Below are positions 13,425 through 27,420 of a DNA stretch of 64,000 nt, piece by piece. Under the pieces are notes generated by a model. It saw only the letters and a list, made by a program, of their open reading frames with translations, was not told the origin of the DNA and did not search any database. The DNA lies in assembly GCA_964016885.1 (NCBI GenBank), contig OZ024743.1, positions 325,190,001-325,254,000 on the forward strand, given 5' to 3'. The position numbers and the translations under genes were made by a program. Numbering within the stretch: the first letter of the stretch is position 1; every line of letters starts with the position of its first letter. The DNA comes from Eledone cirrhosa. Taxonomy: Eukaryota.

Positions 13425-16400
13425 CTTTTCTGATTGTGTGTACTTTGAAGTCCTTGTGAAATTGATGGGGGATATATTTTCTTTGACGGTTAAGTTTCTT
13501 TGCATATTTTTCTCACCACCTGCAACTTCAGTTTTATCACCAACTGAAGCCTGATTCACAATTCGTGAAACATTTTGTTTTAGATAACTCACCTCTGCAT
13601 CAATAGCATCTTTAACAACTGAGTATTCCTCAAGTTTACTGTGATTCTCTTTCAGAAAACATGGATCTGGCAAACCCTCTGTTTTCTTATGGGACACAGA
13701 CATCTTCTTATCTTTTTTATGCAGTGATAACAATGAGAGTTTATTGTTGGCACTTTCCTTATTGGTTTCTAGTTTTTCTGTAGTCAACCCTAAACCTGGC
13801 TTTTTAGTGTTGCCACTCACGGAATTTATTTTTGAAATGTCTTGCTTATTATTTGAGGTTACCTCTACCTTTGACATGGGTTTGCCATGGTCACTACTGT
13901 TTGATCTGACATCTATCTCTGGTTTAGATGAACTAGAATCAATGTGGCAGGGATTACTATCCGGTATTGCTTCTTCACTTATCTCAAAATGAACTTTACG
14001 GAGTTGATGAGATTTCTGTTTCAAGTCAGATTGGAGATTAGCTGAGTCCATGTTGTGGTCATTATTGTTTGGTGATACTTCTACCTCTGATCTTGGTTTA
14101 CCACGGACAGTTGTGTTGAGCTTAGTTCTGGGTGAAACCTCTGTCGTTGGTTTATATTTTGCAGAATGACGGGGGCTATTGTTTGGTGTTATTCCAATCT
14201 CTGACCTAGGGTCAGTGTTGTGGATCTTATTATTTGAGGTGACCTCTACCTTTGACATAGGTTTGCCGTGGACACTACTGTGGTCACTACTGTTTGATCT
14301 GACTTCTATCTCTGGTTTACATGAACCAGAATCAATGTGGCGGGGACTACTATCTGATGTTGCTTCTATTTTTGATCTAAATTTAGTAGAATCAGTGTTG
14401 TAACTATAATTGTTTGGTGATACTTCTACCGCTGATCTTGGTTTACTAAGGACAGTTTTGTTGATCTTAGTTTTTGGTGTGACCTCTGCTTTTGATCTAG
14501 ATTTAGCAGAATCAAAATGACGGGGGCTATTGTTTGGAGTTATTCTAATCTCTGACCTAGGATCAGTGTTGGGGTTCTTATTATTTGAGGTTACCTCTAT
14601 CTTTGATATGGGCTTACAGTTAACATTGTGGGTATTACTACTTGGTCTGACCTGTGTCTCTGATTTAGATGGACCAGAATTAATGTGGTGGATATTATTA
14701 TTTGATTTTGTATCAATCTCTGATACTCTGCTATTGGAGATTGTCTCTTGTGATGATTTTTCAGGCCCATTTGAGTTCTTTATCTCTTGATTTATTTCAG
14801 AAATGGTTTTAGCTGAAGATTTTGATACATTTTCACTACTGTGATGGTTCTTATTAACTTTAGGGGTAATTCTAGTTACATATTTATTAAAACTTCTCAA
14901 AGAATCAATTGTTTTCAATTCATTTGTTGACTCACTTTCAGGTTGAAGATTACCCAAGCTTTTGTCTAATATTCCTGATGGAATTTGATCAGAATTAGTT
15001 AACTGTGGTATTTCTTCACTTATCTCTTCCATAACATTATCAAAATGAACTTTATGGAGTTGATGAGATTTCTGTTTCAAGTCAGATTGGAGATTAGCTG
15101 AGTCCATGTTGTGGTCATTATTGTTTGGTGATACTTCTACCTCTGATCTTGGTTTACTATAGACAGTTGTGTTGAGATTAGTTCTGGGTGAGACCTCTGT
15201 CATTGGTTTATATTTTGCAGAATGACAGGGGCTATTGCTTGGTGTTATTCCAATCCCTGACAAAGGATCAGTGTTGGGGTTCTTATTATTTGAGGTTACC
15301 TCTATCTTTGATATAGGCTTACAGTTGACATTGTGGGTATTACTACTTGGTCTGACCTCTGTCTCTGGTTTAGATTTAGCAGAATCAATATGACAGCTAT
15401 TATTATTTGGGGTTACCTCTATTTCTGATTTGGGTTTAGTAGGATCAATGTTAGCATAATTGTTTGGTATTTTCTCTGTTTCTACCATGTATTGTTTATC
15501 ATTGTTAAACTGGTCTGTGGAAATACTACTGCCATTGATTCCGGTGTTGCCACCCATAAGTACTTCCTGGACATCCAGTTCAAGTTTAAACTGATTAGAG
15601 TTGAGCACCTGCTCCACATCTGACTGGAAGTTAATCAAGGTTTGGTCAATTTGGTGGTCACTATTGTTCAAAACTTCCCCTGTGTTTGGGCTGTGTTTAT
15701 TATTATTATTATTATTGATGCTGTTTGAGATTTCTTCAGCTTCTGGTCTGAATTTTATCATGTCTTTTTGATAGTTATCCAAATTAGATATTTTCTCTGT
15801 ACCTGGTCCTGCTTTAGACTGGTCATCCAACTTCAAGACTTTTTCTATATCTAATTCCTCTCTAGGCTGGTAACTCTTATGACCACCATTCACTACTATT
15901 CTCTCTTCTATCTTTGTAATAGATTGGTCAGTATATGAAGGATTTCTATTTAAGACATTCTCAACTTCTGGCTGGAGTTCAGATTGGTCAGTATGAAGAT
16001 CAGCTTTGTTCAAATTATTTTCTAATTCTGGCTTGAATTTAGACATATCAATGTTATTGCCATCTTTATTCAAACTTCTCTTGACCTCTGACTTCCATAT
16101 GGACTGCTCATTAATGCATTGGGTTTCCTCAATCTCTGGTCTGAATGTGAACTGGTTAATGGGAGAATCACTGTTATTTTGTATTTTATCTACCCCTAAT
16201 TTGAATTTAATTTGATCAGTATGGTGGACACTGATATCTAGGGGTTTCTCTCTCTCAGGCCTGAGCTTTGACTGGTCAGTTTGATAACTACCTTTGTCCA
16301 AGATTTCTTCTATTTCTGAATTGATTAGGGATTGGTCAGTGTTTCTTAATATACCATCATTATTGTAATGTTGAACAGTGTTGTCCATTACACTATAGCC

Positions 16401-16508
16401 ACTGGCAGTCCTGTGAAATGCACCTGATCCACACTCCTCCTTTCCATTATCCCTTCCTTCCAACACATCAGGTAGACTGGACTGCAGCTTGGACTCTTTC
16501 TCTTTACA
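13425..16508 (-). CDS. Giant 3084-nt exon (1028 codons), Ser/Asn/Lys/Pro-rich with internal repeats
   Basis: Overlaps the 1039-aa non-satellite ORF; tttttaatttcag| acceptor and AAG|gtgagt donor; phase 0 to 0. Confidence 0.92.
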
Positions 16509-16794
16509 CTGAAATTAAAAAGCAACAAAAGATAGTGAGGGACAGTGAGAGACATTGAGAGAGAGTTTGACATTCTCTCATTCTCTCTCTCTCTCTATAT
16601 ATATATATAGACAGTTGAACAACAAGATCCCAGACCTCTTTCACTTAAAGAGTGGGGTGGAGCTCATCAAATTGGATCATGGAAACAATGTTTCCATTGG
16701 TCTTTCCAATTGCTAATACTATCTGTCGGTTGCAAATATACATATATATAGGGTGAGAGAGAGAGAGACAGCCAGCCAGCCAGACAGACAGAGA

Positions 16795-17235
16795 GCTTCT
16801 TGGTGGGCACTTAGAAAGCTTGATGTAGATGAATGGCTTGTGAGAGCCATGCAGGTCATGTATAAAGGAACAACCAGCAGAGTGAGAGTTGGCAATGAGT
16901 ACAGTGATGAACTTGAAGTGCCGGTGGGGGTCCACTAGGGATCAGTCCTCAGTCCAGTCCTGTTTATCATTGTACTTCAGGCCATCACTGAGGAGTTTAA
17001 AACTGGTACTCCATGGGAGCTCCTTTATGCTGATGACCGAGTCTGCATAGCTGAATCTGTAGGAGAGTTAGAAGCAACATTTCAAGCATGGAAGAAGATT
17101 CTAGAGTTGAAAGGCCTAAAAGTAAATTTAGCAAAGACAAAAGTCATAATAAGTAGGAAATAAGTCAGGAGGGTGATACCACCAGAGAAGTGGCCTTGTT
17201 CGATATGTCAGAAAGGGGCGGGCAGAAATTCCATA
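16795..17235 (+). mobile_element. RTE-clade LINE RT fragment, degenerate
   Basis: WWALRKLDVDEWLVRA..., YADD and KWPCSIC; homologous to 49480-49900; contains stops. Confidence 0.85.
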
Positions 17236-17620
17236 AGCTATTTGCCAACAGCAACCCTGTGCACCTTTTTGATTTCCATGTGTCTAACACCCGTGGGTAT
17301 GCCTACAAAGTCAGAAAACAGCACAGCTCCCATGACTTTTGGAAACATTTGTTCATGCTCAAAGTTGCTGAAGCATGGAACAAACTACCTGCATCAGTTG
17401 TTAGCTGTCGAGACACTGCATCCTTTAAAACCTCCATGCTTCCTGAAATTTGCCAACACTATACCTGATATCCCCCCTCCATGCACACGCACTCATGTAT
17501 ATCATGAGTCATACACTGTTCATTCATTTTCCTGGCATTTGTACATTATTCTATGTACTATACATGCACCTTTGATGAGTTGTAGTGCACCTGAGCACTG
17601 TACACAATAATTTTATTATA
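17236..17620 (+). mobile_element. CR1/L2-like LINE 3' fragment abutting the RTE fragment
   Basis: Translates as TRGYAYKV..KHLFMLKVAEAWNKLPASVV..ASFK, typical of the CR1/L2 ORF2 C-terminus; 3' UTR shared with 11990-12100. Confidence 0.75.
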
Positions 17621-17829
17621 CATAGTGTAATTTATGGACACATAAGAGATGTAATGGACTTGCAAGCAGGCTAATAGAAAATATAGACTTTGTATGTGGC
17701 AGATGTACAGGAGATGTAAGCACTAGGAGCACATGTGAAATAGATTTCTTCAGATGAGAGAGAGAGAAAGAGAGAAATAATCATATGTGTATTTGTATTT
17801 ATTAGGAAAATAAAAGAAAACTGTATTAC

Positions 17830-18814
17830 CAGAACCTGTGAAGGTCCACTTTGAGGACGTTGCTTCATTTTCAATGACTTAGAATTGGTAGTGTTTTGTG
17901 TTGTTTGGGGTCTTTGAAGCTTCCTTTCATTTTGTCCAATCAACATTTTCTTAACAATCATTTGAGGACCTGTCTTGTCAAATTTCATAGTTTGTATGGT
18001 CTTATAAAGATTCTGTGGTGCCAGATCTGTATATGGTGTCATGAACAGGGAAGGTGTGGATTTTCTTTCTTCCTGTAGCTGTTCCTGTTTCCTGTAAAGT
18101 GTATTGAAATACCTCTGCAGGTAACGAGTAACTGTAGAAGGAGTTTTAGGGACTAGAGTGTTGACCCCTTCATCATAAACCATTTGTATTGGGCTGTAAT
18201 CAGTTCTTCGGAGAAATATTTTGTCTTTTGCATTGGTAATGAAGAGCTTCTCTTTTGTCAGAGTTTTGGAATTTGAAGAATTTGTCCTGGTTAAGTTTGT
18301 TGTGTGCAATAGCCTGCCAGAGTGTGTGCACAAAAGCTGCACAGGTCGTGCGTAAGCATTAGATTCAGTATTCTGGACATCATTAAATGTTGGTGAGCTC
18401 TTTGAAGAAATTTTGTTTGTGTATTGATTATTTTTTATATTCTCTCCCATTGTACAAGTTTTGGGGTTTATAGGGACAGAAGAAGAAAGCGAAGATGAAG
18501 AAGAAGAAATAGAACAAAGAGAAGGTACTGGGGAAGATATTTTACGTATATTTATCATAGAACCGTTTTTTAGGGATGGATCAGGCACTTCAAAGTCATT
18601 ATTGTTTTGTGTGAAGACACAAGGCATCTCCCTGTTGCTTGAAAGACATGTGTATGCAGAGGAAACCTCCATGGAGGGCATCAGTGAACTGCATCTTCGT
18701 GAAGCTGGGGGAGCTGACATAGTTGTCTGCTTCCTTTCTGTAGTCTGTTTTAGTGTAAGATTATTTGTTAGCTCTCTTACAACAGCAGGATCCGATAGAT
18801 TCAACTGCAACAAC
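17830..18814 (-). CDS. 985-nt exon (LLQLNLSDPAVVRELT...RPQSGPSQVL)
   Basis: Lies within the 380-aa ORF; ttttgccag| acceptor; |gtaata donor (alternative donor at 17836 has the same phase); phase 2 to 0. Confidence 0.88.
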
Positions 18815-19029
18815 CTGGCAAAATTGACAATTTTAGCAATCAGAAATTCAAACTATCAAAAGTTAAGCATTCACCATTTTCATGTTTTTTTTTTTGTTTT
18901 TTTTTACCCTAAGACGACCAGCCCAACAGTACAAGTACTGCAACATTAGAAGTTAATTGTAGGGAGACATTGGAGACAGCATGGTATAGGGAGGTCTCAT
19001 TTAACATTGCAGTAGACTAAGCAGCATCT

Positions 19030-19378
19030 CTAGTACTGGTGCCATAAAATGCACCCAGTACACTCTGTAAAGCCATAGTGCTGGGCTATGATAAATTGCA
19101 CCCAGTACACTAACTAAAGTGGTTGTGCTTGGGCCATGATAAAATGATCCCACTACACTCTATATAGTGGTAGTGCTAGTACCATGATATAATGCTCCCA
19201 GTACACTCTGTAAAATGATAGTGCTGGTACCATGATAAAATGCACCTGGTACACTATGTGATGTGGTAGTGCTTGGACCATGATAAAATGATCCCAGTAC
19301 ACTCTGTAAAATGGTAGTGCTGGTACCATGATAAAAAGCATCTAGTATATTTGTAAAGTGGTAGTGCTGGTTCCACAA
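19030..19378. repeat. Degenerate 48-bp SINE-derived minisatellite (~7 units)
   Basis: Same unit family as 8670-11465. Confidence 0.85.
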
Positions 19379-19489
19379 TAAATCTTTCCAAAATCTTGAT
19401 TATTTTCAAAATATTGTGAAAACCATAGCAGTGCCTTTCGTTAGAAATATGGTAATGAAAGAGTTATAAAATAATAATGGCTCCTGATT

Positions 19490-19690
19490 TAGGCACAAGG
19501 CCAACAATTTTCGAGGAGAGGAAAGTTGATTAAATCAACCCCAGTGTGTTACAGGTACTTTATTTTATCAACCCCATAAAGATGAAAGGCAAAGCTAACC
19601 TTGGCAGTATTTGAACACAGAACGTAAAGGGTCCTAACTACATGCCGCAAAGCATATTGTCCAATGCTCTACCGAGACTGCCAATCTACT
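19490..19690 (-). mobile_element. SINE copy
   Basis: Similar to 44890-45040. Confidence 0.65.
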
Positions 19691-19833
19691 ACCTTTAGAG
19701 AGTAATAATAAGAAAATGCAACTCAACAACACTTCCATCATCACCATCACCGTTTAACATCCATTTTTCCATGCTAGCATTGGTTATACCCATCCATTGA
19801 TAGTAACTGGCCAAACAGGTGAACATAACATAC

Positions 19834-20250
19834 CTCTCTGTATCAATGCTTTCATAAATTTTGTCCGTTTTATCTTCCGAGTTTGTAGGTATATTAATAA
19901 GGTGGATACCATTTTCAACAGCTCTACCAGCATTGTGTACAGGGGCCTGATTTAAAGCCCATCTAGTTGAGGTACTGTTGACAGCTTCTCTCTGATTCTT
20001 CATGTTTGTCTCAGACCAGGCTTGTGATTTCCTTTTGCAATGTGCAAGAGAAGATGCAGCCATTGTACATATATCTGCACTATTGATATGGGTGTCAGGG
20101 CTGCCTCTATTAGATGCATTTGTTGTACCTATCTCTGCATTATTACTGTGATTTTCAGCATTGTCGCTCATTGATGCAGTTGTTGCACCTATTTCTACAT
20201 TATTATTGTGGTTTTCAGAGCAGCATCTATTCTCTGCAGCAGTTGGTGCA
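19834..20250 (-). CDS. 417-nt exon (APTAAENRCCSENHNNN...IYESIDTER)
   Basis: Lies within the 227-aa ORF; catttttag| acceptor, AG|gtatgt donor; phase 2 to 2. Confidence 0.85.
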
Positions 20251-20459
20251 CTAAAAATGAAATGGTATATTAAAGATATCTTAATCTTTGTTCTTAATAT
20301 ACATACACACATTATAACACACACATGCATATCATCATCAGCAGCATCATCATTGTCATCATCATCACTGTTTAACATCTATTTTTCATGCTTGGATGAG
20401 TAGGACAGGTTGTCATGTTATGTATGTATGTATATATGTGTGTATGATGTTGTTTCAAT

Positions 20460-20710
20460 AAGTGTTCCAGTCGTTCAATAAATGGAATAGCCTGCACCCT
20501 TTATACAGTTCTCAGGGAGATTCAGCATGACTCAATATGTGACAAAGCTGGCCCTTTTAATTACATGTACAACTCATTTTATTTTAGCTGAGGGGACTGG
20601 AGCAAGATGAAATAAAGTGTCTTGCTCAAGGACACAATGTGCTGCAAGGAATCAAAATCGCATCCTTATGATTGTGAATTGAACACCTTAATCACTAGGT
20701 CACATGTTTT
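20460..20710 (-). mobile_element. SINE copy
   Basis: Similar to 5275-5580. Confidence 0.65.
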
Positions 20711-21193
20711 CACACACACACACACACACACAGACAGATGTGGTTAAACGCTGATCTCAAAACTCTGAACCTTACAGTGGAGATGACAAAGGAATGCTAC
20801 AAGTGGAGGGAGGCTGTGCAGGAAAAGACCTGTCCAACCCATACAAGCATGGGAAAGTAAATGTAAAAATGATAATGTTGATATGTGTATCCCAGTTTTT
20901 GAAGAGTTATGCCATGTCCCTCCATGTAAAAGGCAACTAAAAGGTTGGTTCCAGGAAAGACATCCAAAACATCTCATCCAACCCATACCAACATGGAGGG
21001 AAAAATGATGGTGACAATGCATACTAAAGTAGATAGGTAAGTAGAAAGGTAAGTATGCATGTATGTGTGCAAAAGTGGAGAGATGCCATATCGAGAAGGA
21101 CCCAACTAACCCATGCAGGCATGGAAAAGCGGACATAAAAAAGATGATGATGAGTATGATGATGATATATATATATATATATATAAAGAGAGA

Positions 21194-21580
21194 GAGAAAA
21201 AGTGAAATTGGAAATAGCACGGAAAATATATTTAAGGGTCTGTTTTTCTTTTTTTTCCTTTCTTTGATTCGTCAAAGTGACATTATTGAAAAAATGAGAG
21301 GGACAATTCTTTAAAAAAAAAGAGTTTTATAATGTATATAAAGTATTACCGGTTTCGATGTATTAGTAAAATTCATCTTATCAAATGTTGAGTATTACAA
21401 TTAAAAAGAATTAATAAGAATTAAAAACTAAAAATTAAAGATTTAAAATTAAGTGTTGAGGCAAGTTTCTTTCATCTACCTTGTCTCAAGTCTCCTTTTC
21501 AATAAGGAAGATAAAAAAAACTTGCCTCAACACTTAATTTTAAATCTTTAATTTTTAGTTTTTAATTCTTATTAATTCTT
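21194..21580. mobile_element. Truncated copy of the long fold-back element at 62001-62643
   Basis: Near-identical left arm and loop; right arm only about 80 bp. Confidence 0.85.
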
Positions 21581-21710
21581 ATGAAAAATGTTTCATAAAT
21601 TTTTTGAATAACTGGATGTAAAACTCACTTGGAACATGTATAAGGTATTAAATATTATTTAAAAGGTAAGTTTTCCATCTATAAACTGTTTTATTTATAT
21701 ATACACTTAC

Positions 21711-21810
21711 TTTTCTATGTACTTATGAGATAAAATTTTGATTTTAGCTTGATCAACAAGTCTGATGAGCAGCTTGATGCTGGAGTTGGGTCTATAATAC
21801 AAATATGGAC
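21711..21810 (-). CDS. Probable exon (GPYLYYRPNSSIKLLIRLVDQAKIKILSHKYIEN); acceptor position uncertain
   Basis: Strong |gtaagt donor in phase 2 matching the next exon. Phase continuity with the upstream exon needs the weak ctcaag| acceptor at 21810; a tatag| acceptor at 21791 would need another exon. Confidence 0.6.
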
Positions 21811-21889
21811 CTTGAGCCAATCATCTGTGAAACTTATATAACTGGTTGATCAATAGTAAACATTTATGTGAAACTTTGTCTTCTTATAC

Positions 21890-21962
<73 letters not shown>

Positions 21963-22214
21963 TCACAAAATACACATATGCATCTCTATACACTGTCTTA
22001 CCTGTGGCAGTACTGCATCTTAGTCTTCTGGCATTCAGTACCAAAATATGTCCCCCTATTCAGAGACTCACCATAAACAATTAAAGCTTTAAAAAATAGA
22101 AAATATATATAATATAGAAAATTTTATTTATATTATGTAGAAGGTTTAATTTATATATTGTAAAAAATTAAATTTATATAAAGATGATGATAATGCAGGA
22201 AATTTAATTGATCT

Positions 22215-22820
22215 TCTTCTTTGCCCACTTAATCCTGAGAGGGTTGTAGGGGCAGAGTCCGCAAACACTCCTTCCAGTAGGTCCTGTCAGAAGCAACCAT
22301 CTCCAACTGATCTGGCTGGTTCCTCAGGCAAGACCAGCAGAGCTCATGGATGTTATTCACCTATCTTGCTCAGCATCTACTGATGGGTTTCCTGCCAGTT
22401 GGTTTTGCCCATAAAATCAGTCCAGTAATTCTTTCCTGAGACATTCTAACCACTTGCCCATAGTATCAAAGCAGTGATCACTCAGTTCTATCTGGAGTGA
22501 CTCGCTGAGTTCTGAGCTATGCACTCTATCGAGTAACATTATTCCAAAAACCCTTTGGAAGAACCCTATTTCAGCTGTTTGCATTTGTGATCATATTCTT
22601 TTGGTCATTACTCAAGATTCCTGACCATATGTAAGGGTTGGTACAAATACCGAAGATAGTAAGTTTGGTTTTTACACCTGCCTCCCTTCTTCTGATTACT
22701 GAATGCTGAAGCTAGCACATTACTGTACCAGCTCCTGCAATTCTTGCACTTAATTCAGCCTCCTGCCTTCCATCACTGCCCCAAGATACGTGTACTTCTC
22801 CACCTGTTTCAGTGGAACTG
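22215..22820 (-). mobile_element. Old RTE-like LINE 3' fragment
   Basis: Minus strand gives degenerate QVEKYTYLG, VFVPTLTYGQES and RYYGQVVRM motifs. Confidence 0.6.
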
Positions 22821-23868
22821 AATTAATTTATATAATATAGATAATTTTATTTATATAATGTAAAACAAATAATTTCTGTGATAATTATGATTATAACATA
22901 GAAAATGTAATTTATATAATATATCTCAGAAAAGTGAATCATGGCCGAATTAGTATAAGCACGGATAAACTTCTTTTGGGGTGCACCTGATCACTGTACA
23001 CAATAATTTTCATTATTATCAAAAGTCAATTAAGAAAACAATACAGATCATCATCATCATCGTTTAACGTCCATCTTCCACGCTAGCATGGGTTTAGACG
23101 GGAATTGTCCCACGTGAGGCAAGATTGGTTGTCCTGCTCGTATAGGACTGTCTGGCAGGTTTTCTACGACTGGATGCCCTTCCTAACACCAACCACATTT
23201 ACAGTGTGGACTGGGAGGTTTTTACCGTGTTGCCTACACGGCCACATTACAACGTGGACTGTGTGTTTTTTTGTCGTGACACCTACACAACCTCATTTAT
23301 TTAAGACTGGATGTTGTGGTACCAACATAACTTTACAGAGAAAGAGGTGGCGTAGAAGGGGGTGGGGGTAGGGGTAGTGGGATGGGGGTGTATTTTTGGT
23401 TAAGAGGTGCCTACTGACTGTAGGTTTCGCTTTGTACTTAGGCAAGGCGGGTCTTCTGTATTACTGTGTAGCGCCAAAGATCTTGGTCCAGTGACATTGT
23501 CTTGGAGAGGTGTATGAAAGATATTTCTGTACATCCACAGGAAATATATTAATTAAGATGTATGGACAGATGAGGAAGATATATGATGTCGGCTGTATAG
23601 TCTTTTATTCTTTTTGTTCTTCATTTACTTGCTTCAGTCATTCGATTGTGGCCACACTGGAGCACTGCTTTGAAGGGATTTAATTGTCCATAACCATCCC
23701 GGTACAGTACTTTTTTTTTTTTCATGTCTGATATTTATTTTATCAATTGATTTTTGTTGAATGCCAGACACACAAATTCAGATATCACACACACACACAC
23801 ACATATACACACATATACACTACACCTGTCCTATATCTCACTCATTTATCTTGACACACCTGACTCAC

Positions 23869-23996
23869 CTTTGGGAAGACCACTCTCAGAGACAAAGTTC
23901 TCAGGTGATGTCATCATTTTCTTTGATTGCTGTCTTGTTGCACCTGTTGTGAAATACCTTGGCTTTGCTGTTGCTGCACGATTTAGCTTTAGATTT
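23869..23996 (-). CDS. Exon (NLKLNRAATAKPRYFTTGATRQQSKKMMTSPENFVSESGLPK)
   Basis: tatttcag| acceptor, AAG|gtgagt donor, 128 nt, phase 2 to 1. Confidence 0.82.
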
Positions 23997-26559
23997 CTGA
24001 AATAATCAACCATTTAATTAATTAACCATTTAATTAAAAATCTTAGGGAACTACCTCCACACCCCACTGTTCTACCACCAACACTCTCAAACTACCTCAC
24101 TGGCTAATACTACTAACAATCTACCTTCGATCTTCACTCAGCACTAACTAATTAACGGACCACACCACCCACCACTAACACTACTAACTTCCCATCTACC
24201 TCCACACCCTGCAGCTCTATCATCCACACACACACCTGAACCATCTCATGGGCTAATACTACTCCACCACCAATACACACATACCTACCCACAACTAACA
24301 ACCTCAACTACTATTTCATTCACCCCTGTACCACCAAGTGTGATCCTAATAAGACTGTATTTTTGCATCCCTGTGTTTGTTTTGTTTTATTTGTTCAAAC
24401 GTGGTTTTGTCTTTGCTTGTAATTGTTCTCATCGCTCCACATAATGACATATTATCTTCGCTTTTTTCTGTTCATTGCCAGAGCGCGTCTTCACGAAAGT
24501 ATTGTTTTTCTGTTTTCCTTCGGTGAGTGTAGTGGAAGTGTTTATTGTGTAGATCATGAAAGACAAGATTATGCAGTATTAGATACTCTTAAATTGACAA
24601 GATATTTGTAATAGGAAATGACTTCAATTATCAATCAGGGTTGACCTGGGACTAAACAACTTAGTACCAGCTAAACTTCCAGTCATTGAGAGATCAAAGT
24701 GTCTTGGTCACTGACTCAACAGAATGGCAGTGACAGGATGCAAACTGCTAATCACCCAGTTGATTCTCTAGTGGCCTGAAAATTTAGGTTCTTCACTTCT
24801 CATGGCAGTTGACCATTTCAAACTCTTTTGGAAACTCTCCTTCAGACTTAACTTTCTGGTGTTTGGCATGGCTGGCTATTCATCCATCTGATGATGTTAC
24901 ATCTCTCCATATAGAAGTGATACACAGCCTGCACAAAGAATTATCATCATCATTTAATGTCTATTTTCCACACTAGCATAGGTTAGATGAGTTATCCTGA
25001 CATTGCGAAACAAATAAGATCAGGTGACCATGTCATTCATACAGAGCTGTTTCTGGCTTGGTTTCTACAGCTGGTTATTCCTCCTAATGCAAACCCCATT
25101 TATTGGTAATAATGAGGTAATGCATTTCTCAGTCACACCACTTGACTGCCCACCAGTTACTGAAGCAAGGACGCAAGATGATGGGCCCAACAGGAAGCTG
25201 CCAAATCTCAGTTTTATATGTACCCTCAGTGCAAACAGGGTTATTTAAGGTGCCTTTACTAACCTTGTCACAAAACCATCAAAGGATTTCTGCAGTATTT
25301 TTCAGCTGTCTTGTAACCATGGCCCACTGTATCCTGGTGGTTTTGTTGCTTTTGGTCCATTTTTTTTGCTGCTTATTCAACTAATGCACAGTCTTATTTA
25401 ACTAATGCACTAGCTTAAAGAACAGTTGTCTTATATATCTACACAACATTCCCCAATCTGCTCTTCAGAGGAAGAGCCAGTTCCCAGTGGAGCTCTGAAA
25501 CTAGGGGTTTAATTAATTGCTGACATAGGCCATTATCAGTTTCCTTAAAGTTCAGATTTTGCCCTATGAAACATTATTGAAAGGAAATGAAATTAAGTGA
25601 AATTTACAGCTCACATCTATGTAGTTTTAGCTGGCCTCCTACAAAGTTGCATCTCGTAGGAGGTTTCATGAGTGTTCTAAAGATAGAGGCTCAGTCCTAT
25701 AATGCTACAGCTCATGCCTATGCAGTTTTAATTAATCATGTACAAGGTTGTATCTCTTGGATGCTTTAATGATAGGGGCCTCAGTCTTATCATGAAAAGC
25801 AAGATGAAAGGAAATATCATACTCAAGAACACAATGCATTGCCTGGTCCAGGAATCAAATCTCCAACCTTATGATCATGAGTCCAACACCCTAACCAAAA
25901 GGCCACATGCCTTCACCAACTGACTTGGCCATCATTACTGTCATTGGTGCAATACAAATAAAATTAGTATAAGTAAAGGAAGCTTGTTACTTAATGATAA
26001 GGAAATGTGTGAAAGAGGAAATCTATAAAAGATATCCTGTCTGTCTACCAGCAGACAGAAGAAGCTGGCTGTTGATTGGTGCTTAAGACCTAAAGTTTAC
26101 CAAGTCTTTCATCAACTTCTAAACCCCCCCATTATAAATAAATAAACTTAATGAAGAGTAGTGGGGTGCCAGCTATTCACTTCCCTAATTAAGCAGTATT
26201 TAGCATGTTGATGTGATGACAACATGTGGTTATAGACTGGTGCATGTATGGCTGTGTATGGAAGGGGTGTATACATGCAGCACTGGTTGTGTGGACACAC
26301 ATGAACACACAAGCACAAACATACACACATGAGTACACAAGCACACACATCACACATGAACACACATGCAAACAAAAACAAAGGGATACTTAAATAATGA
26401 CACCAAACACATAATCATACACTTATGAACTGATAAACAGAGATACAAACTTTCATAAATGCATAGGCTTATAGGCATACACATATATATATACACACAC
26501 ACATACAAAATTGTATATATATATATATGTAAATGTAAATGCATACATTCAGAGAAACA

Positions 26560-27420
<861 letters not shown>

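Noticed and set aside
16670-16710. Additional X-box-like CATGGAAAC strings (also 27950-28070)
   Set aside because: Part of a dispersed repeat present in several copies, half-sites only, and intronic.
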